Shown piece by piece: positions 32,791 through 41,392 of a stretch of DNA of 64,000 bases. Under the pieces are notes generated by a model. That model did no database searches, was not told where the DNA came from, and saw only the letters and a list, made by a program, of their open reading frames with translations. The DNA is from a virus. The stretch lies in the IMG/VR virus record IMGVR_UViG_3300021518_000005, positions 1 through 64,000 of that record; one strand, 5' to 3'. A program made the position numbers and the translations under genes. The first letter of the stretch is position 1; every line of letters begins with the position of its first letter.

Positions 32791-32990
32791 TGAGACATAT
32801 CGTATTCTGGTTTGTTGTCGTGACATTGTGCCTCATCACACATGTGTTTGGTATCGAATTAACACATACATATCTCTTAGGTGATCGGCAGGATATGTAC
32901 ATGCTGGCAGTTACGATATGGTTTACGCTTTTTGTGTGTATCATTGTACCGTTGTATGTATGGAGTGCTCATGAACGCACCAGAGAATAA
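32790..32990 (+). CDS. Small two-TM membrane protein
   Basis: Two hydrophobic helices; coupled to the upstream gene. Confidence 0.55.
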   Translation: MRHIVFWFVVVTLCLITHVFGIELTHTYLLGDRQDMYMLAVTIWFTLFVCIIVPLYVWSAHERTRE

Positions 32991-33609
32991 GGTTCAAACG
33001 CCCCCACATGGTTCAGGATCGCCAGTCATGCATGGCCCACGGGTTGCGCCTGTACGGGGCCACCAAGGGCAGCAGGCAACAAAACAGGCAGTAAAGCAGC
33101 AACCTGCTACCGCAGCGCCGCCTATACCGAATATGGATATTGCGAAGTGGAGCGGCGCGGTATTCTGGCTGTTTGGATTGACGCTCACGACCGCATTCAT
33201 ACACGGTCTTGCATTCGATATTCTTGTTAATCAATGGTATCGCTGGCCTGTAGAGATTGTGGTATCACTTGCACTTCAAGTGGCACTGACAAAGTTGGAG
33301 AGCCCGATCTGGCGCGGCTATGTGATTCACTTGCCCGGATTACTAGGGCTTGGCATTGACGTGTATATCAATCTGGCTGGTGCTTTTGCAATTGCCGATG
33401 GCATTGCAACATCTGAATCAACACGAGTGCTAGCGGGCTGGTACGGCTGGAATATGAATGAAATCAAGGCTGGAAACGGCTTTATGCTCACCACGGTATG
33501 TATTGCGGTGTTGATCGCCGCTCTGCCCGAGCTGTTATGGACACTGGATAAACGAGTAGCACAGTTTAAGCATGCGGTTCGTGGAAGGATGTATCAGAAG
33601 GAGGACTAA
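32971..33609 (+). CDS. Four-TM membrane protein
   Basis: GGAG RBS, Pro/Gln-rich N-terminus, four TM segments. Confidence 0.65.
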   Translation: MNAPENKVQTPPHGSGSPVMHGPRVAPVRGHQGQQATKQAVKQQPATAAPPIPNMDIAKWSGAVFWLFGLTLTTAFIHGLAFDILVNQWYRWPVEIVVSLALQVALTKLESPIWRGYVIHLPGLLGLGIDVYINLAGAFAIADGIATSESTRVLAGWYGWNMNEIKAGNGFMLTTVCIAVLIAALPELLWTLDKRVAQFKHAVRGRMYQKED

Positions 33610-33631
33610 TACACAAGCGACACGGCAACAT

Positions 33632-33663
33632 CGAGACGGGCATTATCGCCCGTCTCTTTTTTT
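33632..33663 (+). terminator. Intrinsic terminator
   Basis: gagacgggc-attatc-gcccgtctc followed by a T run. Confidence 0.7.
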
Positions 33664-33745
33664 GTGTGTACTCTTGACAAAAATGGGAATATGCTTACAC
33701 TAAAAAGAGCGATTTGTCAAGTGGATATATTGAAAGGGATGTTGT

Positions 33746-35431
33746 ATGGGCCTAGAAGGATTTGTTGTTATATTTTTCTTTGTACTGTTTATTGTGCTGG
33801 TTATTCGCTCGCTTTTGCGGCCTGAGACCGCACACAGCGAATACAGCCGTGTAACGCCTACTACAATGCCTGTAGAGCGCGTTGACGTGGCTGAATATGG
33901 CAATCCAGCACTAGCCATCCTTGCATGGCTTTGGGCTGTATTTCGTATCGGTCTGTTCCATCTACAGCGGCGTCGGGAGAGGCCAGCACCAGCGATTACA
34001 AGCCAGGAATCTGTGTATGTTGTACAAGAGCGTGAATCTATGCCACGAGAGCGTGAGGCTGCATCAGAAATCCGGCAGCCGCAGGAAGTAAAGCAACCAG
34101 CACATCAGGCATCAGAAGGCCGTGTAAAGGACGTAGATACACGCGCAAACACCAAGGATCGCATGGCGCAGTTGCCAGCACATGCGCCCGATCCTGTTGA
34201 TGACACGCGGGATCGCTTGAATATTCCTGTGCTGTTTGACGGCACACAGTATCTCTATCATCGCATGGGCAGCGGCCACAAAGCTGTTCTTGGCACCACA
34301 AATGGAGGGAAGGGTAACTTTCTTCGCTACTATGCGCTTATGTCGCTCCTAGCAGGGCCTGAGAACATGCGGCTTGTCGTGTTCGATGCAAAGGGCGGTG
34401 CTGATTACTGGTGGATTCATCAGATCGATCATGCCGAACTGTATTTTACAGGCCCTGAAATACTCGATGAAGAAAAACCGATTGATGCACTTGAGGAAGG
34501 TCTCAAGGTGTATGTGCGTTTGATGTTGGAGCGCGGCCAAGCATTACAAGCCGCGCACGTAGAGAAAATTGATCTGTATAATGAAAAAGTAAGAAATGGA
34601 AGTGTAAATGGTTTTGAATGGCCGTACATTGTGGTTATTGTTGATGAAATTGCAGACTTCAGTAAAGAGGCAAAGAGTCTTGTCTCGACACTGACACGCA
34701 TGGGCCGCGCTACTGGTTTTGATATTCTCGTAGCAACGCAGCATGCTACTGTTGAGGCGATGAGCACACAGATCAGTCGCAACCTGACAAACCGTTTTGC
34801 TTTCCGCCTGAACAGCTCCGAGGGTACAGCCGTCGCCCTAGCGCGCACCAGCAATGATTACGGCAAGTATGAACCGAGCGTAATTGATCGGCCTGGTGTC
34901 GCCGTGTGGCGCGGCATGGGCGGCAATGAACAAATGGGTCTTGTTCCATTTGTTGATCCGCTGATGGATGGCTTGCTTGCACAGTTGACAAGCAAGTATG
35001 GCAAGTCAAGTCAAGCAAGTATGGCAAGTCAAGTACTTGCACAAGCAAGTGCAAAAACAAGTGTCGTGGCAAGTCGAAAACAAGTACTTGACTTGCACGG
35101 GCAAGGCGAAGCAAGTGACACACTTGACGACGATGCAAGTGCATACTTGTCTGAAGTACTTACCATACAAACGACTGATGCAAGTCAAGCAATCAGTCAA
35201 GGCAAGTCAAGGCAAGCTCCAGGCAAGTCAGAAGGAAATACAAAAACAAGTCGATGGCAAGGACTTGTTAACCAAGAAACACTTGCACAAGCAAGAGAGA
35301 CTGTGCAAGAGATGGGTGATAAGGTAGGCGTCGTGGAACTGGCTCAGGCATTGTATGGTAAAAGCACGGGTATCTATTTTTATGCAGCACAAGAACTTCT
35401 TGCATTGTTGGAAGGAGAAAAATTAACTTAA
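33746..35431 (+). CDS. FtsK/SpoIIIE (TraB-like) membrane-anchored DNA translocase
   Basis: N-terminal TM segments; Walker A GTTNGGKG; FDAKGG; Walker B IVVIVDE; RMGRATG..ILVATQ; RFAF; C-terminal gamma/wHTH-like helices. Confidence 0.85.
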   Translation: MGLEGFVVIFFFVLFIVLVIRSLLRPETAHSEYSRVTPTTMPVERVDVAEYGNPALAILAWLWAVFRIGLFHLQRRRERPAPAITSQESVYVVQERESMPREREAASEIRQPQEVKQPAHQASEGRVKDVDTRANTKDRMAQLPAHAPDPVDDTRDRLNIPVLFDGTQYLYHRMGSGHKAVLGTTNGGKGNFLRYYALMSLLAGPENMRLVVFDAKGGADYWWIHQIDHAELYFTGPEILDEEKPIDALEEGLKVYVRLMLERGQALQAAHVEKIDLYNEKVRNGSVNGFEWPYIVVIVDEIADFSKEAKSLVSTLTRMGRATGFDILVATQHATVEAMSTQISRNLTNRFAFRLNSSEGTAVALARTSNDYGKYEPSVIDRPGVAVWRGMGGNEQMGLVPFVDPLMDGLLAQLTSKYGKSSQASMASQVLAQASAKTSVVASRKQVLDLHGQGEASDTLDDDASAYLSEVLTIQTTDASQAISQGKSRQAPGKSEGNTKTSRWQGLVNQETLAQARETVQEMGDKVGVVELAQALYGKSTGIYFYAAQELLALLEGEKLT

Positions 35432-35930
35432 GTTTTTTCTGGAATGCTCAAAAAGGCCCTGAAATAGCCCATTTTGGGCGACTTAAGCCCCGCGAGATGA
35501 AACTTAAGTTTTTCTTTCGGGGCTTTCTTTTGGCTTTGTAGTCATTAAAATCGAGGCTTAAGTTTTTTATTAGGCGACTTAAGTTTTCCATGCGCTTTTC
35601 AAAAACTTAAGTCGCTTGTGGGCAAAAACTTAAGTTTTTGCAGACCATTTCAATCGGGCATAATCGTGTGCAGCAGACAAGAATCTCATGCTTGTACTTG
35701 ACTTGGCAAAAAACAAGTAGGGCAATGACTTGCACACTTGATACGCAATGCAAGTCAAACATTCTACTGGAACACTTGACTTGTTTTTCATCGAGCAATT
35801 CAGGCAAGTCAACTACTCATAAAGGCAAGTACAAAAACAAGTGAGGTGGCAAGTCCGGGCAAATCAAGTAGACAAGTCAAGCCTTGTTTCTTGACTTGCC
35901 AAAACAAGTACTTGACTTGTCTACTTGTCT
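34974..35930. repeat. Dense tripartite array of CAAGT/ACTTG and CTTAAG motifs
   Basis: More than 20 CAAGT/ACTTG copies at about 34980-35290, seven CTTAAG palindromes at about 35425-35640, and about 20 more CAAGT/ACTTG copies at about 35690-35930 (counted by eye). Confidence 0.85.
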
Positions 35931-36252
35931 AACGAGACAAGGCGCGTAACCTGCACAAGCGATATACTTTGTACTCCATGTCGCGCTTGCCTCGATTGCA
36001 ACTTGCACAGCACGCTACCACATTGGCCTCAGTATATCCGTGTCGATTATTCACACGATCAATACCTTGATATACAACGGTGTTGATTTTGTATTGCGGC
36101 TGGCAGTACACGCCAGATGGAGCACAGCCGCAGTAGTGGCACAGCTGCTGAATGAGTGTATCGAACACATCCATATCAAGCTCGAATGACAGATCACGGC
36201 GCTTTGCGTCATACTTGTAACGGCGGAAAAGATGTTTGACGACTGGCAGCAT
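35929..36252 (-). CDS. HNH-like endonuclease
   Basis: CHYCG...GIDRVNN..GY...NVVACCASCN..K. Confidence 0.75.
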   Translation of the reverse strand: MLPVVKHLFRRYKYDAKRRDLSFELDMDVFDTLIQQLCHYCGCAPSGVYCQPQYKINTVVYQGIDRVNNRHGYTEANVVACCASCNRGKRDMEYKVYRLCRLRALSR

Positions 36253-36291
36253 GGTAATTGTCCTTGCTCGATATGTATGTTCCCTGACACA

Positions 36292-36409
36292 ATCTTACCA
36301 TATCGGTAAGATACTTGTCTAGTGACAAAATACTCACATGATCAACCAAAACTCTTTACACTTGGCATTTCCTGAAGAAGTTTGACATTTCTTACCGCTA
36401 TGGTATACT
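36292..36409. promoter_or_regulatory. Divergent operator-bearing promoters
   Basis: Minus strand: CTTACC-N5-GGTAAG at 36294-36310. Plus strand: TTGACA(36382)-16 nt-TATACT(36404) containing CTTACC-N5-GGTATA, upstream of the ncRNA cluster. Confidence 0.75.
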
Positions 36410-36477
36410 GTGGGTGAGCCGAACGCAAGACTAGTCCCGAGGGTGCAGCGAGGTCATACGTTGATTAGTAGGCCCAT

Positions 36478-36567
36478 GGGAGCGCAGTAGGTTTCGATAG
36501 GGCGCGATGAGCACGAAAGCGCACAGCTCCGCTCTAGACGCGAGTGCAACTCTCGCCGCTTCCACCA
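36478..36567 (+). ncRNA. tmRNA-like RNA consisting of the tRNA-like domain only
   Basis: Acceptor stem GGGAGCG/CGCTTCC with G3.U70; encoded ACCA end; stemless D-loop (GGTTTCGA); P2a TAGGGCG/CGCTCTA; GAC linker; T-arm GCGAG-TGCAACT-CTCGC. Confidence 0.75.
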
Positions 36568-36573
36568 GTTAGG

Positions 36574-37007
36574 GCATACTAGGCATGTCTAGGTTAACCG
36601 CTTTGAATGGCACCGTGCCTCTCTGTCATTCAACCTGTATGGAGTAAGCAGGAACAAAGGGATGTAAACGCCTTGCTGTAGGTTCCTTGTGGGCCATGAG
36701 TAGAACGGATAAGACCGCCGTTGGAATGACGGCGCGGGATCGGTAATCCGCACTCGTAATCTCTGCCGATCTGCTGACAAGTGGAGAACTTGTCACTGTA
36801 CAGGTAATGATCGGTGCAGCGCGGTAAAAAAACAGCTATGTGTGCATGTGGGTGAGGCTGTCGGTGTTGGGCCGTAGGGAGTACTATATAACGATAGCGT
36901 TGTATAACCTGATCGTATCCGTCGCTAATCCAACTAGGCGAGGCGCATGCACACACCGCGCATTCACGGCGACACCTGCCAAGCATTCTAGATACTGCAA
37001 GTGGTGC
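36574..37007 (+). ncRNA. Putative large structured ncRNA (~430 nt)
   Basis: No credible ORF; many hairpins plus long-range pairings that close the 5' and 3' ends; lies between the tmRNA-like RNA and a tRNA. Confidence 0.55.
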
Positions 37008-37036
37008 GACACGTAGCGGAGAGACGCTACTCTTGC

Positions 37037-37126
37037 GGGCTTAAAGCGTAGTAGGTAAACTGCGTGCCGACTGATCAGCGGCCCTGTGTAAGACACGGGT
37101 AGAGGGTTCGAGTCCTTCAAAGCCCA
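37037..37126 (+). tRNA. Atypical tRNA-like gene (GAT anticodon, long variable arm)
   Basis: Acceptor GGGCTT/AAGCCC; extended D-stem; anticodon arm GCCG..CTGATCA..CGGC; variable arm CCTGTG/CACGGG; T-arm GAGGG-TTCGAGT-CCTTC. Confidence 0.6.
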
Positions 37127-37169
37127 ACAATATTGTTATTATAAAAATCAAAGGAGTGACTGTATACGT

Positions 37170-37475
37170 ATGGCTGATGTGGTGGCTGCATTTGGGGATT
37201 TTGGTGTTTTTAGCCATGCCGCGCCAAATATGGCCGGTACTGTTCGTGAGCGTGATCTGGAATTTGTCGATGCAACGGTGTCGTTATCGAATGTCTCCCC
37301 GTCAAGTTCGATTGATCTTACTAATCCTGAGCTACTGACTTTCAAGGTTGCCAAAGATGAAGTGTTTGGTACGCTTTCTGCACAGTTGACGGTGCTGCTC
37401 ACGGGAGAGGAACAAAGAGAATTGAAGGCGATTGCAGAACGCATTGAGCGGCGTGTGAAGGCGCTTATCAGGTAA
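37170..37475 (+). CDS. Hypothetical protein
   Basis: AAGGAG RBS upstream; plausible amino-acid composition. Confidence 0.55.
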   Translation: MADVVAAFGDFGVFSHAAPNMAGTVRERDLEFVDATVSLSNVSPSSSIDLTNPELLTFKVAKDEVFGTLSAQLTVLLTGEEQRELKAIAERIERRVKALIR

Positions 37476-37567
37476 CATGTTTCCTCTTTGTTGGGATGGT
37501 TGACGATAACGCTAGCCATCCCAACTATTGAAATAATCCTAGAATATCTCCAAGGAGTTGATGATCT

Positions 37568-39142
37568 CTGAATCGCACTGGGATTGCTGGTGCTGTCGCC
37601 GCCGTTATTGTTACTGTTGTTATTGTTCTCCCGCATGGTTCCTCGACTGATGCGCCTCCGCCTGTATTTGTGACAGCTCACGTCATAACGGCTACAGCAG
37701 AATTGACCACTACACATCACGAAGATCCTACAAACACGCCAGAAGCGCCTACAGCCACCGAAACAGCTACGCTAGAGCCAACACACACCACTGAACCTAC
37801 AATCCCTCCTGGGCCGTCTGAGAAACCTACGGAAGTCGTTACAAGCACTGCTACGACCACGACAACAAATACCGTAGATTCGACAGCAACATCTACGGCT
37901 GCCGCAACTTTTACACCCACGTCAGAAGCCTCTATAACGCCCACAGAAACACCTACAGCGAGCGCCACGGCCACTACGACGCCCACGCCTACGGCGGTTC
38001 CTACAGCCACTCCTGTGGTGTTCCTGGAAACGTTTGACGGATTGCCATCACAACCATTAGCCTTCTCAAGCAGCCAATGGGATATTATGGCGCACAGCCG
38101 TGATCCGTTGTATCGACAAGTTCCTGAGCCAATGGATGCGCAACATGACGGTGCAACATGCGATGTCCATGGCGCGCACACGATCACAACCTACACACAA
38201 ACCGCGTTCATCTGCCGTAATCATCTCATGACGGCTATTAAGGGAACTGACTACGCGATTGTGTACCTTGCGCCTAATGCCATGCTCGATTGGTCGCAAA
38301 ACACAGCTACACTGCGTTTTGACGTTTCAACCATGCGAACGACAAGCCGCGATTGGTGGGATATTTGGATCACGCCATGGGGCGATGTGTTGTCGTATCC
38401 CTCTGATGGATCGTTTCCCGATGGGAATGGCGAGCCGCGCAACGCCATCCACATTCGCATGAATCAGTTCAACGGCAAGACCACGTTTAACGTCAATCAA
38501 GTCGTGAATTATGTCTCATCGCCGGTGCCTGGTTCCATTGTCGGTGGCCGCGTCTACGAGAATGTATTAACACCGGATTATGTGCGGCGCGACACGTTTG
38601 AGCTACGCCTATCGAGCACACACATCTCGTTTTGCATGCCCGACTATACTCACTGTTGGGCTGATAATCTACCGTTGGCTACGTCGCTCGACTGGAATAG
38701 CGGCGTGGTACAGATCGGTCATCACTCCTACAATCCGCTGAAGGGCTGCATCGCGGGGCGTACACCATGTCAGCCAAATACCTGGCATTGGGATAATGTC
38801 CGCATGGAGCCAGCATTGCCATTCCAAATCATTCGCAGCGCGCCGCGTGCCGCATCGCTCACAATTACGAACGACACATTGACACTTGAGCGGCCTGCAC
38901 CAGCAGGCGCTATCGTTCGATTTTTGGCTATCGGGAATGCTATCGAGGTGTCATTCGACGGTGGCAATACATGGCAACCAGCCGTCAAGCGTGAGCAGGA
39001 AAACAATCAGCCGGAACGGTTCAGCTCGTATTGGATGCCGATACCGGAAGGCACCACAGCAATCAAGGTTCGCGGCCAACGTTGGACAAGCAGCAGCGCA
39101 GGTGATTGGTGGGTTCACTCGCTCAGTGTGTGGGCGCGCTAG
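37568..39142 (+). CDS. Secreted or membrane-anchored protein with Thr/Pro linker and beta-rich C-terminal domain
   Basis: Frame is open from CTG 37568, 10 nt after AAGGAG, giving an N-terminal hydrophobic segment (NRTGIAGAVAAVIVTVVIVL); long PT/TA linker; FLETFDG...HWDNV domain. Confidence 0.7.
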   Translation: MNRTGIAGAVAAVIVTVVIVLPHGSSTDAPPPVFVTAHVITATAELTTTHHEDPTNTPEAPTATETATLEPTHTTEPTIPPGPSEKPTEVVTSTATTTTTNTVDSTATSTAAATFTPTSEASITPTETPTASATATTTPTPTAVPTATPVVFLETFDGLPSQPLAFSSSQWDIMAHSRDPLYRQVPEPMDAQHDGATCDVHGAHTITTYTQTAFICRNHLMTAIKGTDYAIVYLAPNAMLDWSQNTATLRFDVSTMRTTSRDWWDIWITPWGDVLSYPSDGSFPDGNGEPRNAIHIRMNQFNGKTTFNVNQVVNYVSSPVPGSIVGGRVYENVLTPDYVRRDTFELRLSSTHISFCMPDYTHCWADNLPLATSLDWNSGVVQIGHHSYNPLKGCIAGRTPCQPNTWHWDNVRMEPALPFQIIRSAPRAASLTITNDTLTLERPAPAGAIVRFLAIGNAIEVSFDGGNTWQPAVKREQENNQPERFSSYWMPIPEGTTAIKVRGQRWTSSSAGDWWVHSLSVWAR

Positions 39143-39143
39143 T

Positions 39144-39382
<239 letters not shown>

Positions 39383-40022
39383 CAAGACCTTACTTGCAGG
39401 CTAACACATGCCACCCGTTAGGGCTGCAATGCCAGTCCACAATCTCATTTTGCTCGTTTCGGAGCCGAAATCCATGCTCAGGATCTAACGCAATTGCATT
39501 GCCAGCAAGTGCATGCCATTCAACCCGTACATCACCATGGTCTTCATGCCAAATTGCAACTACATAGAAGTTCAGAAACGACCACGCGATGAGTTCACCT
39601 CCGAGCGTGTCCTCTCTTGGCATTCCGTGATTACCCGGCAATATCCATTCCCCGCGCTCAAAATGTTGTAGTCTCATAGTGCTTTCTCACAAGTATATGC
39701 AAGTTGCTCACGCATTGACTCTTCAACATAAGCCATGGCAAAGCTCAAATCTACATTTTCCCCGTATGTGTCCATGTCGTTGATCGTGTCCTGATCAAAC
39801 TGAGGGATACTCAGCAGGATACCAGGACTATAATACTGATTTCCAATCATACCATCCCATAGCACCCTGAACGTTCCATCCTCACACAATTCAACCGTGT
39901 AACCACTACCGTTAAACCCTGCCGTTGTTGAGGATTTTACCGCTTCCTCAAATGTCTTCCCACCATCATCGGCAATAAAGTGCTCAAACGCCTGTTGGAC
40001 AGTCATAGTATTCTCCCATGTA

Positions 40023-40102
40023 CAATTGCTTCGACCTGAACACAGTATAAATCAAACAGCTTGGTTGTTGAATGATAAATACCTGATAAAGAGGTGATAA
40101 TT
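40023..40102. repeat. Direct repeat copy 1 (promoter cassette)
   Basis: Near-identical to 41313-41392; contains a minus-strand TATACT. Confidence 0.85.
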
Positions 40103-40587
40103 CACTTCATTCGCCCGTTTGGTGGCTTAATTTTGCCATCCAAATACGCTTGCCAGTTATCAATGCATTGCTGCCAATACACAGCACGACGGGCATAGCG
40201 CGGTTTATCTCCGAGTTTCAAAAGATTTCGATGCATGCCCGACAGAGCTAGCGCACGTTGATAGCGCTGCCTGTCAGGTTTGGGCGACGGCACAGCTACC
40301 CGCCATGGCTCGTGCTCGTGCTTGCCTTGTGGTCTGCCAGCGCCAGATCGTATGCCGCCACGGTCTACTGCCGCGCTCGTGTGTACTGCAACGAGATGAC
40401 GGCGTGCTGTGGTTGGATGGCAATTGATACGCGCTGCCAATTCACTGGCAAGATGACGTATTACTTCAACAGGCAATGCATCACCTTGCTGAATATTGTG
40501 CTCGACAAGCAGCAAGCGCGCAGCGACTCGGATAGAGTCGCTGCGCGCCTTTGTGTTTATACTTTCACTCATTGATTGCATTACCAC
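40102..40587 (-). CDS. Putative DNA-binding protein
   Basis: HTH-like segment (ELAARINCHPTTARRHL) and an RGG.R.GAGRP motif. Confidence 0.55.
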   Translation of the reverse strand: MVMQSMSESINTKARSDSIRVAARLLLVEHNIQQGDALPVEVIRHLASELAARINCHPTTARRHLVAVHTSAAVDRGGIRSGAGRPQGKHEHEPWRVAVPSPKPDRQRYQRALALSGMHRNLLKLGDKPRYARRAVYWQQCIDNWQAYLDGKIKPPNGRMK

Positions 40588-41312
40588 CCGTGCCCTGTTG
40601 GGCCGTCTAGATCTTCCTCTTCCTGTATTGCCTTGGCATGTGCTGCAAGGCGTGCATTGGTCGCCGCTTTCGCCGCTTCCTTGTCGGCTTGCACCTCTTG
40701 CTCCATGGCGATGACGCGACGACGATGAATTATTAGCTCGATTGCACGCTCACCTTGTTCATAAGCCGAAATATCAAAATGCGAATCGCCGTAATCAAAT
40801 TGCGTTTTGGGTTGAACGCCATACGTCGCGCACAACTCCTCGTAGCGCTTGCGGTTTGGTGTTTCGCGCTTGATTACCTCCATGATCTCGACAATACGCC
40901 AATACGCTTTTTGCGCCCCTGCTTCGGTGCTGAATACCTCGTTGGATTCTGGCTGTACGTGTGGTGCCGTGTACGTGTATCCGCTTTCACATAGTCTAAT
41001 ATCACCAAACATGATCGTGTTTACTCCTTGATATTGGTTCCCATTGTTCCACCACAGCAGTTGCTGTAGCCACCAGCACCGTTGCCTCCGTCGCATCCGC
41101 ATACAGAACAATCGGTGCCATTATCATAGGCACACGTTGAGCAAAAGAATTTACCAATTGCGTATCCGTCTCCACGAATGTCCTCACCGCAGGATGCACA
41201 GAATGCATCCATATAATTTTCGTAACCTTTAACTGCGATACGTTGGGCTGCCGACAATTGGGAAAGCTCTTGAAAACGATTGGCGTCCATGTCTTTTACT
41301 CCTTGATGAGTT

Positions 41313-41392
41313 CAATTGCTTCGACCTGAACACAGTATAAATCAAACAACTTGATTGTTGAATGATAAATACCTGATATTTAGGTGATAATT
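41313..41392. repeat. Direct repeat copy 2 (promoter cassette)
   Basis: Near-identical to 40023-40102. Confidence 0.85.

Noticed and set aside
36416-36476. SRP-like small RNA in the leader of the ncRNA cluster
   Set aside because: The resemblance to SRP domain IV is superficial; the CAGG/AGCA loop and GNRA tetraloop are not conserved.
36574-37007. RNase P RNA or full-length/permuted tmRNA
   Set aside because: No GGAAAGTCC-type P4 motif and no evident tag frame; both TLD halves are already adjacent upstream.
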